Shown here: one piece after another, positions 14,492 to 28,265 of the stretch
Layout of the letters: each line of letters opens with the position of its first letter
Numbering within the stretch: the stretch's first letter is position 1
Assembly: GCA_951406725.2 (NCBI GenBank)
Contig: OX597820.1
Coordinates: 65,658,001 to 65,722,000 of the forward strand
Direction: 5' to 3'
DNA length: 64,000 nt
Origin: Octopus vulgaris
Taxonomy: Eukaryota
Program-made: the position numbers and the translations under genes
The notes under the pieces: model-generated
The model's input: only the letters and a program-made list of their open reading frames with translations
Told to the model about the DNA's origin: nothing
Database searches by the model: none

Positions 14492-14740
14492 TTTATTCGT
14501 GAATTAAGGCTACCATTGGTTTCATGTTAAGAAGAGTATGAATATATTCGAGCATTTTAACAATTTTCCAAGCCGATCACATGGAGAAAGGTGTTCGCCT
14601 TCATTTTGGAAGCGATTGTTTACTAGAATGGAGGCGAACACCTTTCTCCATGTGATCGACTTGAAAATTGTTAAGATACTTGGATATTTTCCTACTCTTC
14701 TTAACATGAAATTAATGGTAGCCTTAATTCACAAATAAAG
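14491..14740. repeat. 250-bp fold-back (near-palindromic) element next to (TA)n
   Basis: CTTTATTCGTGAATTAAGGCTACCATT... pairs with ...AATGGTAGCCTTAATTCACAAATAAAG, continuing to a tiny central loop. Confidence 0.9.
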
Positions 14741-15943
14741 GAATTATTTATCCACCAATGCGGTGTTGTGCACTCATTCCAACGTTCTACATTTATGTGT
14801 ATATATATATATGGGAGAGAGAGAGATGGTGAATGACACTTCGGAGTCACTCTCAATACTATTCTTCCTATAGAGTAATAAATTTGTACTCTACGACATA
14901 TATTTAGTAATCCTTCAATTTAATCTAAAATATAAAAACGAATATTAATACGTTTCCTTTTGTGTGTGTATACATATATACATACATACATTATACATCC
15001 ATTGTTCATGTGTATCAGGAGTGGGCACACATGTTAATCCACTTCCTCCTGTATTAATGTACTTTTTCCTATAAAACTTCTTACACACTTCGTTCTTCTC
15101 TCGTTATATAATAAAATACGTCCCTTTACGCTCTGACTTTAAATTATGTCATGGGTGAGTTTGCATTGAACTTTTCTGCTAGTCGATAAAATGAATACTT
15201 TCGGGATTTTGATTTAATCTGCATAAACCGCGCCTTTAAATGTGATTGCCATGTGAGATGCCGAATCCGTAGAGTTGCATTCAAAAAAACTTGGTGCTAT
15301 TTTACCTTCATTTTTTTCCCCAATATATTTTCAAAACCTGCGAGGTTTGCGGTTTGTCTCTACGTTTAATCTTTCCGAGAAGATCAAACATGAAGGAATG
15401 TATATGTGTGCATGCGTATATGTGAATATGTGTGTATATGCATGTATATGCGTATATACATGTATACATACATACCTACCTACATACATATATACAGACA
15501 GACAGATAGTTATATATATATATACATGTATGCATACTTGGAAAAGGATGCGTGGCATTCGATCATATAATAATATAAATAATATATAAATATATGAATA
15601 TATACATATATGTACATACCTACATATATATGTATATATACATGCATATATGAGTACAGGACATAAAAAAACGTTGAAGACAACGAGAAACGAAAAGATA
15701 AAAACAAAAATATAGAAACGAACATTTTTTTCGAACAACGAAACGAGACATGCAACATAAAGACTATTCCCCTTCTTCAGTTGTCTCTGTTTCATCTACT
15801 CTGCGTTATCCACATATATATGTATATATGTACATATATGTATGTATATGTATATGTAGTTCATATTCACAAAAAAAAGACGAAGGCAGGTGGAGGGACA
15901 ACAAAAAGGGGAATTAGTTTAACGCTCGTGAAAAATTGAAAAG

Positions 15944-15981
15944 CCTTTAACGTTTCGGGCATACGCTCATTGACAGAAAGG
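15944..15981 (-). ncRNA. Degenerate minimal hammerhead-like motif
   Basis: Minus strand CCTTT-CTGTCAA-T-GAGC(GTAT)GCCC-GAAAC-GTT-AAAGG. Same family as 37450. Confidence 0.5.
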
Positions 15982-16044
15982 AATAAGAGAAAAAATGGAG
16001 AAAGAACGAAAAAAGAAACGGAGAGAGAAAATCTGTGTAGAGTT

Positions 16045-16082
<38 letters not shown>

Positions 16083-16458
16083 GGAGATGAAATAGCACAA
16101 AAGTAAGTATAAGACATTTCAATTTGAAAGGGAATTTAATAAAAATGATTTTAAAAATTATATAAAGAAATATTACCGTTTCGATGTATCTCATCTTATC
16201 AAATATCAGACAAAATTTGAAGTAAAAACAGTTTACCTTCTGTCTGGAGGTCAAGAACATATACATAGGTGCACACAATCACACACATACAGATATAGGC
16301 GCAGACAGGATGATGTGGTAAGAAGTTTGCTTTGCTTCTCAATCAGACAGCTTCAGTCCTACTGCGAGGCATATTGGGAAAGTGTCTTTTCGTAGAGCCG
16401 CGGAGCGACCATATGCTTGTGAATGGATTTAGCAAACACAAATTGAAAGCGACCCGCC

Positions 16459-16574
<116 letters not shown>

Positions 16575-16656
16575 TGTGTGTTGTGTCTGCATTTCTCATC
16601 ACTGCTTCACAAGTGGTTTGTTGTGCTTAAATCCTCGTAAGGTAGCGGTTCGATAA

Positions 16657-16717
<61 letters not shown>

Positions 16718-16725
16718 TGTGTGTT

Positions 16726-16759
<34 letters not shown>

Positions 16760-16830
16760 TGTGTGTGTATTACAGAGATGTACTTGCATAGCAAGTGACG
16801 TGATCTGAGATTGTGGGCTGAAACAAAAGC

Positions 16831-17119
16831 AATTGCAGCTTGGAAGGTGTTTATGAGCCATTTAAAAACACACAAAAGCTGTTAGATTCACTTCAACATT
16901 TAAATTTATTTTGCCCAATTTTTTTTCGTTTTTCTTCGTCGCTTTGGGACCGCGGCTTCTTCACTGACAAAAGATGCAGCACGGAATTTTGCCAGTGAAA
17001 AGGTCGTGCTCTCAAAGTGACGAAATTATATATTGGAAAATTAAATTTAAATGTTGAAGTGAATCTAACGATGTTTATGTCTTTCTGACGTGGCTTACAA
17101 ACACCTTCCACGCTACAGT

Positions 17120-17120
<1 letters not shown>
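16831..17120. repeat. 290-bp fold-back element
   Basis: GTTAGATTCACTTCAACATTTAAATTTA / TAAATTTAAATGTTGAAGTGAATCTAAC form a perfect 28-bp inverted match. Flanking arms also pair. Confidence 0.9.
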
Positions 17121-17152
<32 letters not shown>

Positions 17153-17222
17153 GTATATACATATATATATTTAAATACGTATATATATATATATATATTT
17201 AAATATATATATATATATATAT

Positions 17223-17266
<44 letters not shown>

Positions 17267-17399
17267 ATACATATATATATACATATATATATATGTATAC
17301 ATATATATATACATATATGCATATATATACATACATATATATATTTACACACACACAGATATATATGTATATGCTGATACACACGTGGGCGCAAATATA

Positions 17400-17441
<42 letters not shown>

Positions 17442-17884
17442 GTGTGTGTATGAGTGTAGGGATATACGTATATAGGTATATGTGTAGAAACGTGACTTCG
17501 TGGTTAGTGCGGTGCACTCATGATTATTAGACTTAAGACTTGAATTCTGGACGAGGCAATACTTTGCATTCTTAAGCAATGCTCATTTCTCATCGCTCCA
17601 GTTGACTCAGATGGTAAAAAGTGAGTTACCCTGCGGTGGGCTAGCGTCTCATCCACGGCGAGTGCCGTACATACACGCCAAAGAATCCGGAAAACATGCC
17701 TATGGCTCATTAAGGACATTTGATCCTTTCATTTTATGCATTTGCGCGCGCCCATGTATGTGTAAGGTTATATGTGTTTGTGTGTGTGTGTGTGCTTGAA
17801 TACGTATTTGTGTATGTATGTGAGTCTGTATATACGTACGTACGCATGTACTTACGTATTTATATATTTGTTTATGTATGTATT

Positions 17885-18275
17885 CTCTTCTTTATTCCTT
17901 TACTTGTTTCAGTCATTTGACTGTGGCCATGCTGCAGCACCGCTTTTAGTCGAACACATCGACCCCGGGACTTATTCTTTGTTAGCCTAGTACTTATTCC
18001 GTCGGTCCCTTTGGCCGAACGGCTAAGTTACGGAGACGTAAACACACCAGCGTTGTTTGTCAAGCGATGTTGGCGGGGGGGGGACAAACCCACACACACA
18101 CACACATACACACATATATATACAACGGGCTTCTTTCAGTTTCCGTCTACCACATCCACTCACAAGGCTTTGGTCGGCCCGAGGCTATAGTAGGAGACAC
18201 TTGCCCAAGGTGCCACGCAGTGGGACTGAACCCGGAAGTTCAGCAAGCTACTTACCACACAGCCACTCCTACGCC
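17885..18275 (-). mobile_element. SINE family A
   Basis: Reverse complement of 5151-5570. Confidence 0.9.
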
Positions 18276-19088
18276 TATGTGTATGTGTATGTGTATGCAC
18301 GTATGTTATCGAGCTATCGAGATATGCTCTTCCATTTTCCATACATAACATTCTCTCTCCCTACCCCTCAACCCCTCTCTCCCTCTCTCTCTCAGCCCCT
18401 AGCTCTCTTGAGTATTCCTCTTTTCGCATGCCCCACGGAACTCACATCTTTACGTCTCAGTTCATTTCTTAGTGTGCTGATATGTACGAGTGTGTGTATG
18501 TCTGTATGTGTGTGTGTTTATGTATGTGTGTGCATGTGTGTATATATGTATGTTTGTATATATAAGTATGTGTGCGTGCGTGCGTGCATGATTATGTATA
18601 GGTATGTGATCTATATATAAAATAAAAGTGTTCCAACATTTTGTGAGAACGTTTTTTTGAATATATATATTTACATACATATGAAGAGAAAGAGAGAGAT
18701 GCACAGATATACATACACACACACATATCGGAAAGTATATAACATAAGCTACCTACCTGTATATACATTCAAGGGGGGGGGGGAAACCAATTGAGAGATT
18801 TTTATCGCATTTTATTATCCTTATATTGCGTTTAATGTCCTTATTGTTTGTGGTCTGAAAGGAGCTTGGGAAACGATTGAAACGGGTTTTGTGATAAAAC
18901 GTTCCAGGGTGAGGGAGAGATAGCAGCAGGGTAGAGAGAGGGAGAGCCGTGGAGGTAATAATAGGGACACACAGCTGCGAGTCTTTTGATCTTTACGGCC
19001 CCTTTTCCGATAAACTCAGGGTAGAGTAGAGTAGAAGGAACATTGGAAATAAAGAAATTTATCATCATCATCATCATCATCATCATCA

Positions 19089-19164
<76 letters not shown>

Positions 19165-19201
19165 AACTATTTTTACTTACTATCATTCTCCTTCTTCTTA
19201 A

Positions 19202-19295
<94 letters not shown>

Positions 19296-19833
19296 TCTGT
19301 TCTAGTTATCGTTGTTTTAGTTGCTGGGTCATCGACCATAACGATGACGACGACAACGACGACGATGATGATGATGATGATAATGATGATGATAGTGATA
19401 GCAATGGTGTCGGCAATGGTTGACATTCACATACTTATTTACATATGGGTGGTATTTATGCGAGCGTGCGGACATTTGAATTTACAAAGTAAAACATAAG
19501 CACTCAATACAGAACTAGAGTATAAGCTATCTATAAGCTATATATATATGGATGTATGGATGGATATGGATAAAAGAGATTTATTCCGACGCGGGGAAGA
19601 ATATAGGAGGGTTGGTTTTGGGATTGAAAATGCACCTAAGTCTTAAGACGAATTTTCGCTGTAAATTTTCTTTTACAGATTTATTAAAATACCATACGGG
19701 TTTCAAAGATTTTTCCTTTTTCAATGGTAAATAAATCTGTGTGTGAGGATATACATATAATACACATACGCGCGCACTCGCGTGTGTGTATTATACGCAT
19801 TATATACATTCATACACACACACACACACACAC

Positions 19834-19892
<59 letters not shown>

Positions 19893-20780
19893 CAAAAAAG
19901 GGACAAGAACGTAAAACATCCAGACAGTTTGGTGAAACAAAAAAAGGAAAACAAAATATCCAGACAGACGATACAAGGAAAACAAGGAGGGATCATTCGG
20001 AGTTATCTAGCCTCACTCGAGTTCCAGATTATCTTTGCAACTTCGGCTGGTAATACTCGAGATAGATCCAATCTGGCCAGCCCCAAGGAAAAATAAGCTA
20101 AGAGCAGTACATTCCTTGGAATAAAGCAGCGAATGTATACGAAACAAGGACGGAAAAAAAAACCCAGAAATGTTACACAAATATAAATAACAGGACATAA
20201 CAACAGGTGTCTTTCGACTAAGGACGAATTAAATTAAGCTGGCGTGTGTGGAAGTAGAGCCTTACGGCAGGAACATAGGATTTGACAGGCACATGAAGGA
20301 ATATAGGTGTTGCACGGACAGTAGTCCAACAACGAAAGAAACGTCAGGCCTGGCCGAACACCGGTCACGTGGAGAGAGAAGATAGAGAGAGGTAGAGGCA
20401 GAGGGATAGAAGAATCAAGGAGGGGCGAGAGAAAAATGAAACACAATGAAGTGAATATATATGTAAATATCACGTGATCACGTGACCGACCAGACCATCA
20501 GATGTTATTACACATCGCTGGTCACAATGCGTTCGCATTGTTTTAGCCTTCGAATGACGCCACCCCGCTGGCTAAGCGAGCAGGCCAACAGAAGAAAGAG
20601 TGGGAGAAAGAGTGGTGAAAGAGTACAGCAGGGATCACCACCCCCTACCGGAGCCTCGTGGAGCTTTTAGGTGTTTTCGCTCCATAAACACTCACAAAGC
20701 CCGGTCTGGGAATCGAAACCGCGATCCTGCGACCGCGAGTCCGCTGCCCTAACCACTAGACCATTACGCCTCCATATATG

Positions 20781-20946
<166 letters not shown>

Positions 20947-20950
20947 TATG

Positions 20951-20987
<37 letters not shown>

Positions 20988-21247
20988 CCAAAAATATATG
21001 CGTATGCACGTATGCATATGTGTGCGAGTGTAAGTTTAATGAATATACGCGCACACACCATTTAGTCATTAACAGTAAAACTCCTGTGATGCCTTGCGTC
21101 CTACAACAAGACGCTGCCTCAGAACATCATTATCCTCACTTCCTTCAGAACGTAAAAGGCCGACAGCGTATTGAAATGTTACAGTACTTAAGAATTTTGT
21201 TGCTTTAGGGTCAACATAAAATACTGATAAACGATTATGAAAACGCT

Positions 21248-21475
21248 TTAACCCTTTAACTCTCAGACTGTTCCGACAAATCTAATACTTATTTATCCAC
21301 ATCATTTTTAATTATTCATGCATTATCTTATAGCTTTGAACCTTCGATAATGTGATTGTTTATTTTTAGAATGACATTGTAAGATAGGAGAATGACACTG
21401 GGTCTGGTCAGTTTCAGCTTAAAACTGGTGGAATATTTGCGCTAGAGATGACTGGTTTAAATACTAGAATGTTAA
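21248..21475. mobile_element. piggyBac-like MITE
   Basis: TTAA-CCCTTTAAC left end and decayed ACTAGAATG-TTAA right end. Confidence 0.5.
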
Positions 21476-21604
21476 TAGAAAAGTTTACATTGGAACACAG
21501 TCGTGCTTTAGTATAACGTTTGAAAGAAAAAATAATAATTTACCCCCCCCCCCCGCCAAACAAAAGGAAAACGAAATCCTTTTCCACTTTTTTTTTTTTT
21601 TTTT

Positions 21605-22004
21605 TTTTTACTTGTTTCAGTCATTTGACTGCGGCCATGCTGGAGCACCGCCTTTAGTCGAGCAAATCGACCCCAGGACTTATTCTTTGTAAGCCCAGTA
21701 CTTATTCTATCGGTCTCTTTTGCCGAACCGCTAAGTAACGGGGACATAAACACACCAGCATCGGTTGTCATGCAGTGCTAGGGGGACAAACACAGACACA
21801 CAAACATATACACACACACTTATATACATATATACATATATACATATATACGACAGGCTTCTTTCAGTTTCCGTCTACCAAATCCACTCACAAGGCATTG
21901 GTCGGCCCGGGGCTATAGCAGAAGACACTTGCCCAAGATGCCACGCAGTGGGACTGAACCCGTAACCATGTGGTTGGTTAGCAAGCTACTTACCACACAG
22001 CCAC
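21605..22004 (-). mobile_element. SINE family A (young copy)
   Basis: Reverse complement of family A, with a poly(A) end. Confidence 0.9.
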
Positions 22005-22777
22005 GTAGAAAATAGTGGTTTAAAAGTTTAAATTCGTTAGCGGAATGCATTCATGTTACATTAAACAAATAACAGTAGTTCGGGTATGAAGTTATTAAAA
22101 AATTCTCTGGTGTTTCTATCATATCTGGTTATCTCTAGATAGACATATTTCTTCGCAGTTCCGATAGATACTGCTTGTTATTTTTGTGGACTACGATAGG
22201 TACATCAAAAAGCGGTGAAACTCCGAAACAACTAAAAGCAAAGAACATTGAAAAAAAAAATGGCAGCTTATCTAATCAGACCTCTAATTCCCATTCGGAA
22301 TTTTGAGGAGACGGCCACGTGATGTTAAATGAGATGAACGATGAATGGAAATTTCTTGAGACGTCAATCGTCACCAAAAGGTCAAAGAAGACAAGAAGAT
22401 GGGTGACAAGTGAAATGAGTCCGTCGGTGATACTTAAACTGACTTCCTCCGGAAGTGTGATGTCCTTTGCACGCGGCGATTTTCTTGGGAATGTCTCTTT
22501 TGATGCCTTAAGTGATATCATATATCCAAAACCACGCATGTGTGTGTGAGTGAGTGTGTGTACATCTGCATGTATGTGTGAGTGCGTGTGCGAGTGTGCA
22601 TACGTGTATGTGCGCGTATGTGCGCATGTGTGTGCGCATGTGTATGCGCATGTGTGTGTCCGTGAGACTATATCAGCCTCTCTCCCTTCTCGCACACTTA
22701 TTCTGTGTATGTGTGTGTGCTTGTCTGAATGTGTGCCGCATATGTGTGCGTGTTTACGTCTGTGCATGTGCTTCTCT

Positions 22778-22812
<35 letters not shown>

Positions 22813-23349
22813 TGTGTGTTCGAGTGTGTGTGTACGTGTGTGTTCGAGTGTGTGTGTACGCGTGTAACTCGCTTTTGCGACATGTTGAAAAGATCTCTAA
22901 TTCCCATACACAGAAACATAATGAGACAAAGGAATGTATGTATATACATATATATGTATGCATGTATGTATGAATGAATTCAAGTAGTTATGTATGTATG
23001 TATGTATGTATGTACGTATGAATGAATTTATGTATTTATGAATATATGTATTATGTATTATGAATGTATGTACGTATGAATGTATTTATTCATGTACATA
23101 CGTATATATGTACATATGTAGCTATCTATCTTTCTTTCTTTCTAGCTCTCTGTCCATCAATCTTGTCTATTTATATCTATATACATATATAGGTAAGTAT
23201 ATATGTGTGTGTTTGTGTCTATGTATGTATGCGCGTGTGTGTATGTGTTTGTATACGTGTCTATGTATGAGTGCGCAAATTTCTATGTTCATGTATTTGT
23301 GTGCCCATGGCTATATACTTGCATACATACATTATACATATACATATAC

Positions 23350-23397
<48 letters not shown>

Positions 23398-23564
23398 ATT
23401 TAACATATTTCCTAACTGAAGTACCTAATACAAAGTGTTTAGATAACTTGGAGGATAAGGGAAGAATCTATTTTGGGAAAACTTTCGATATTTGAGAAAA
23501 TTACGGTAGCTTAAAAACTGAATAGATGATGATGATGACGTCGATAACAAAGACGATGATAATA

Positions 23565-24010
23565 AATATATTGGTTTCAAATTTTGCCACAAGGACAGCA
23601 ATTTTGGGAGAGAAGATGAGTCGATCACATCGACACCAGTGTTTAACTAGTACTTATTTTATCGAACCCGAAAAGATGAAAGGCAAAGTTGATTTTGATG
23701 GAATTCGAACTGAGATCGTAGACAACCGGCGAAATACCGCTAAGCATTTCGTCCAGCGCGCTAATGATTCTACCTGCTCGCCGCCTTAATGATTATCCTT
23801 TCTACTGGAAGGACAAGGCTTCAAATTTGGGGGGAAGGGATTAAGTCGATTATATCGACCTCTGTTTTTAAATGGTGCTTAGTCTATCGACCCCGAAAGG
23901 ATGAAAGGCAAAAAGACCTTGGTGGAATTTGAACTGAGGACGTAGACAACCGGTGAAATACTCCTAAGCATTTCGTCCAGCACGCTAACGATTCTACCAG
24001 CTCACCGCCT
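23565..24010 (-). mobile_element. Tandem dimer of SINE family C
   Basis: Two reverse-complement copies. A similar dimer lies at 35835-36200. Confidence 0.85.
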
Positions 24011-24209
24011 CAATGATGAGGAAAACAATGATTTCTTTATTTTCGCAAAGGTAACAGACAAATAGAGATACTGCTAGTATATATATATATATTTTTTTAT
24101 CGTAGAATCGATTGCGAAAGAAGAAAAAATATATATAATGAAATGTTCGAATTGGAGTAGAGTCCTGAAAAAATACATAGAAACTCAGTTCTACAATTAC
24201 CTTGACTAT

Positions 24210-24535
24210 AACCGGCACTCCGTGTGTTACGATGACGAGGGTTGCTTTCGATCCACTCAACGGAACAGTCTGCTCATGAAATTAACCTGCAAGTGGCTGA
24301 GCACTCCACAGACATAAAGTACCTTTAACGTAATTCTCAGTGATATCCAGCGTGAAACAGTATGAGACAAGGCTGACCCTTTCAAATACAGGTACTACTC
24401 ATTTTTGCCAGCTGAGTGGACTAGAGCAACGTGAAATAAAGTCTCTTGCTCAAGGACACAACACGCCGCCAGGAATCGAACTCACGACTTTACGATCGTG
24501 AGCAGAATACCCTAACCACTAAGCCATGCGCCTTC
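24210..24535 (-). mobile_element. tRNA SINE family B
   Basis: Reverse complement of 44871-45180. Confidence 0.9.
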
Positions 24536-24593
24536 CTATTACATTGAATATCAAGAGTCATGTTTACTCCTCATTGTGTTCTTCAGTCTAAAG

Positions 24594-24850
24594 CAATAGT
24601 TCTTGGGAGGGGCCCTTATGGCCCTGGAGGCTCCATATAAGACATTATGGTTAGAATTTATTTGCAATCAGCTGGTTATACTTCTACAATACACAAGATA
24701 TTTTAGTGATTTCTTTTATACAATTCCTAATATTTAGTGAGAAAAATATGATGGATTATTTTAGATATTAAATGGCTGAGGGTCCGACCGTGTAAAATAG
24801 GAATCAAAGGAGTCCACAGACACAAAAAAAAAGTGGTTCAGAATCACAGG
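24594..24850. mobile_element. hAT (Charlie-like) MITE, old
   Basis: Ends CAATAGTTCTT / GGTTCAGAATCACAG resemble CAGTGGTTCTCAAC-type TIRs. Flanks GTCTAAAG / GTGTAAAA resemble an 8-bp TSD. Confidence 0.4.
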
Positions 24851-25776
24851 TGTAAAAGCTCATGTAGGAATTTGATACATTTACTCGGTCCACTATCGCT
24901 AAATGTACTGCAGGATAACACTTCCCTTGCAGTGGAGACCTTCCTCTCCGAGTTAAACATAAAGAAGCCGATGACAAGTTGCCTTGGTCCTTGAAAATAA
25001 TATGCGTCAAATACACAAAATATAATGCACAGAATTTATTACCCAATAATATAACACTAGTAGGACCCGTGGATATTTCACGGAATTAATGGTAAACCTG
25101 TTGGAATATTTCTCAAAGCTTTATCCAAAAAAACATGAAAGCGCAGCCTGTGTTGTGTCTGCTAGTCATTGAAAAGGGAACTTGGAATACGATGATTACT
25201 TATTGCACTTTATATATACACTTTATATACGTTATGCACAATTTTATAGACTTAATACATAGCGTGGAGGGGTAATGGACTAGCAGTTAGGGCAGCGGAC
25301 TCGCAGTCGTAGGATCGTGGTTTCGATTCACAGACCGGAATTTCACGATGCTTCAGCAGGGGGTGGTGGCGAACCCTACTGTACTCTTTCACCACAACTT
25401 TCTCTCACTCTCTCTTCCTGTTTCTGTTGTACATGTATTTCACAGGGCCAACCTTGTCATACTCTCTGTCACGCTGACTCTCCTCGAGAACTACATTAAG
25501 GGTGCACGTGGCTGTGGAGTGCTCAGCCGCTTGCATGTTAATTTCACGAGCAGGCTGTTCTGTTTAGCGGATCAACTGGAATCCTCGTCGTCGTAACCGA
25601 GGGAGTGCCACAGTGCCACATGAATACATAGCACTCTCCGTTTTTCTCTCTCGCTCTTCGCCTTACTCTCTTTTTCTCTCTCCTTTTTCTTTCGCTCTTT
25701 GCCTTTACCTTCAACCAAACACGTGAATTAGTTACAGTTAATTTCAGTTAAAAAAGAAATTACACATTTCACTCAC

Positions 25777-25816
25777 CGTCTCCTTGACAAACTGGTGGGA
25801 TGGTGAATATTCAGCG
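25777..25816 (-). CDS. Candidate 40-nt internal exon (LNIHHPTSLSRR or AEYSPSHQFVKET)
   Basis: Strong acceptor TTTGATTTTTCTTTTCAG and donor ACG|GTGAGT. Two open frames. Confidence 0.5.
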
Positions 25817-25999
25817 CTGAAAAGAAAAATCAAACAGCATTTCAACTCTGTGTAAGTATATGTGTGTATGTGTATGCATGTACAAGAGAAGTATGTGACT
25901 GTATGTGAACATTGACAAGTGTGTTAGTTTGATTTACCATCCATATTTATATATAAAATATTACGATTAGCCGTCATTTTTAGGGCACGGGGCCAGCTA

Positions 26000-26053
<54 letters not shown>

Positions 26054-26074
26054 TTGGTAGAAAAGACGGGCTAC

Positions 26075-26555
26075 AGCAAATATTCTGCTCATTGGTAGAA
26101 AAGATGGCCTACAGCAAATATTCTGCTCAATACCATAGATTTGTTAGTCAGTTGCTTGACCTTAACCAGTTGATCAGGTCCCTTAGTGGCTGACGATATG
26201 TGCATCTCTGATCAAGAGCAGAAATAGTGGGGGAGCAACATAGCCATGTGTTGAGAGGGATTCTTTGGGGTTTGAGTAATTCATCTCTGGAAACATGGGT
26301 GTTTTGTTCAACATCCTTTAACAACCCTTATTCAGGGACCTTTTGAGCGGGATACGTTACTCGGCCAGAATAAAATTCTAACTGGATCCCACCTGCAAGG
26401 TCATGTGCTGTTTATCTTGATATGAGATCACCATGTTGCACATATGGTTGTGATGCATGTACCCTTATCAGACGTGTAGTCATGATGGGTATACTGGGCT
26501 TCGTATATTTTACCCCAGTGTCACTTTGATGGCATGCACTGCTCTCTCACTCAAT
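26075..26555 (+). mobile_element. Non-coding LINE-tail / SINE-like repeat ending in (AAT)n
   Basis: GC-richer block between (AAT)n tracts, with a 5' 36-bp duplication (TTGGTAGAAAAGA..CTACAGCAAATATTCTGCTCA twice). Confidence 0.55.
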
Positions 26556-26579
26556 AGTAATAATAATAATGAAGATGAA

Positions 26580-26644
<65 letters not shown>

Positions 26645-26649
26645 CAACA

Positions 26650-26802
26650 ACATCGAAAATACCTTGGGAATGAGAACCCAGGTTCGAAATTTCCCCCAAG
26701 ACACCTGATGAAGGCTGGAGGGTATATCAGCCGAAGCGATGCGTTAACAATAAACAAGATGAGGATAAATATCTATCAAATGTAAATAATGTAAATAATG
26801 TA
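26650..26802 (+). mobile_element. 3' (hammerhead-like) half of the same SINE family
   Basis: GACAC-CTGATGA-A-GGCTG-GAGGGTATAT-CAGCC-GAAGC-GAT-GCGTT at 26700-26745, then the ATGTAAATA tail. Confidence 0.7.
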
Positions 26803-26829
26803 GAGTCTTAATAATTGACACATAATTGG

Positions 26830-27200
26830 TCATGCTGGGTATAAACGACATGAAAAGCTGAAGAATTAAACTGACCTAGCTGTCAAATTACAACCATTAT
26901 AATGAATGAATAATGCCTCCATCAACCTATTTGTAATGAGAGGAACTGGAATGTATAGCCTTTTCAGTAAAGGCATTCCTATTTTATTTATGAGACTGTA
27001 GACAGGTACATTCCAGAAAATAACAAGGAATCTGTAAGTATTGTTTTGGTATGCTCTCATAACATTTGCTAACTTCGGTAAAATTTCGTGAGCGATCCCT
27101 AATATGTATATAATTCTTATTTGAAGAAATGAAACTCATTGTACTTTTTAAATGATGAATAACAATCTCCACTGAACGTTTTGTAACTCAAAGAAACTTG
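26830..27200 (-). mobile_element. Possible decayed Mutator (MULE) transposase C-terminal fragment
   Basis: CYFLE...PVPLITNRLMEALFIHYNG loosely matches the MULE FxDYF...PRTNNxxExxHxxxN region. Confidence 0.3.
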
Positions 27201-27367
27201 GAAATAAACTGTTGGTGTTTATCCCACTGGTGAAGACTGAGGCATCGACGGTGACGTTGATGTAGCAAACGGGACATTGAAAAAGATACACAGATAGAAG
27301 ACAGTAAGGGACCCCTCTTTCATTCTTGTTTTAATACGATGAGTCCTCCTAGCCATTTAGTGTGACA

Positions 27368-27800
27368 AAAATCTGTTCGCCGGGAGCTGCACAAAGCGGG
27401 ATTGCACGGAAGGGCTGCAATTAGAAAATCACTAATTTCAAAAACAAACGTTTCAAAACATTTAGAGTGGATTAGAAACCTAGAGAATTGGTCCTTACAG
27501 TAGAGAAAGAATGTTACTTTCTCGGACAAGTCATCTTTTACTTAATTTCCGATCACCGGCCGAGTACACGTGAGGAAATAGCCAAAGAAAGCATTTGACC
27601 CAGACTGCCTTCTTCCAACTGTTACACATGGAGGAGGGTCTGTGATGATCTAGGGTAGGGGCTATGGTTTCCCGTCATAGCAGAATTCCTAGTCAAGTCT
27701 ATTTAAGCATTTTCTCTGATCAAATTCATCCTATGGTTGCGGAACTGTTTACGGAGGAAAACGCAATCTTTTAAAATGATAATGCACTAATTCAAACACC
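27368..27800 (+). pseudogene. Tc1 transposase fragment (HTH end and DDE start), same family as 14000
   Basis: SVRRELHKAGLHGRAAIRK...VTFSDKSSF...CLLPTVTHGGGSVMI*G...IF*NDNA with stops. Confidence 0.9.
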
Positions 27801-27804
27801 TCCA

Positions 27805-27928
27805 GCTTCAGTCCCATTACGTGGTACCTTGGGCAAGTGTCTTCTACTATAGCCTCGGGCCGACCAAAGCCTTGGGAATGGATTTGGTAGACGGAAACTG
27901 AAAGAAGCCCGTCGTATATATGTATACA

Positions 27929-27996
<68 letters not shown>

Positions 27997-28220
27997 TGTA
28001 TGTATGTGTGTGTGTATTTTTGTGTGTCTGTGTTTGTCTTCCCAACATCGTTTGACAACCGATGCTGGTGTGTTTACGTTCCCGTAACTTAGCGGCAAAA
28101 GAGACCGATAGAATAAGTACTAAGCTTACAAAGAATAAGTCCTGGGTTCTATTTGCTCGATCGACTAAAGGTGGTGCTCCAGCATGGCCACGGTCAAATG
28201 ACTGAAACAAGTAAAATAGT
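27805..28220 (+). mobile_element. SINE family A interrupting the Tc1 remnant
   Basis: Colinear with 5205-5555. Confidence 0.9.
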
Positions 28221-28226
28221 GAAATA

Positions 28227-28263
<37 letters not shown>

Positions 28264-28265
<2 letters not shown>

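Noticed and set aside
19895-20380. Hammerhead in the repeat with GGCTGG...CCAGCCGAAG
   Set aside because: No CUGANGA-like core in the right position. Left as an unclassified repeat fragment.
24884-24990. Minus-strand ~105-nt exon candidate (DQGNLSSASL...IVDR)
   Set aside because: Weak AAG acceptor and GA|GTAAAT donor, located among transposon remnants, with no recognisable protein.
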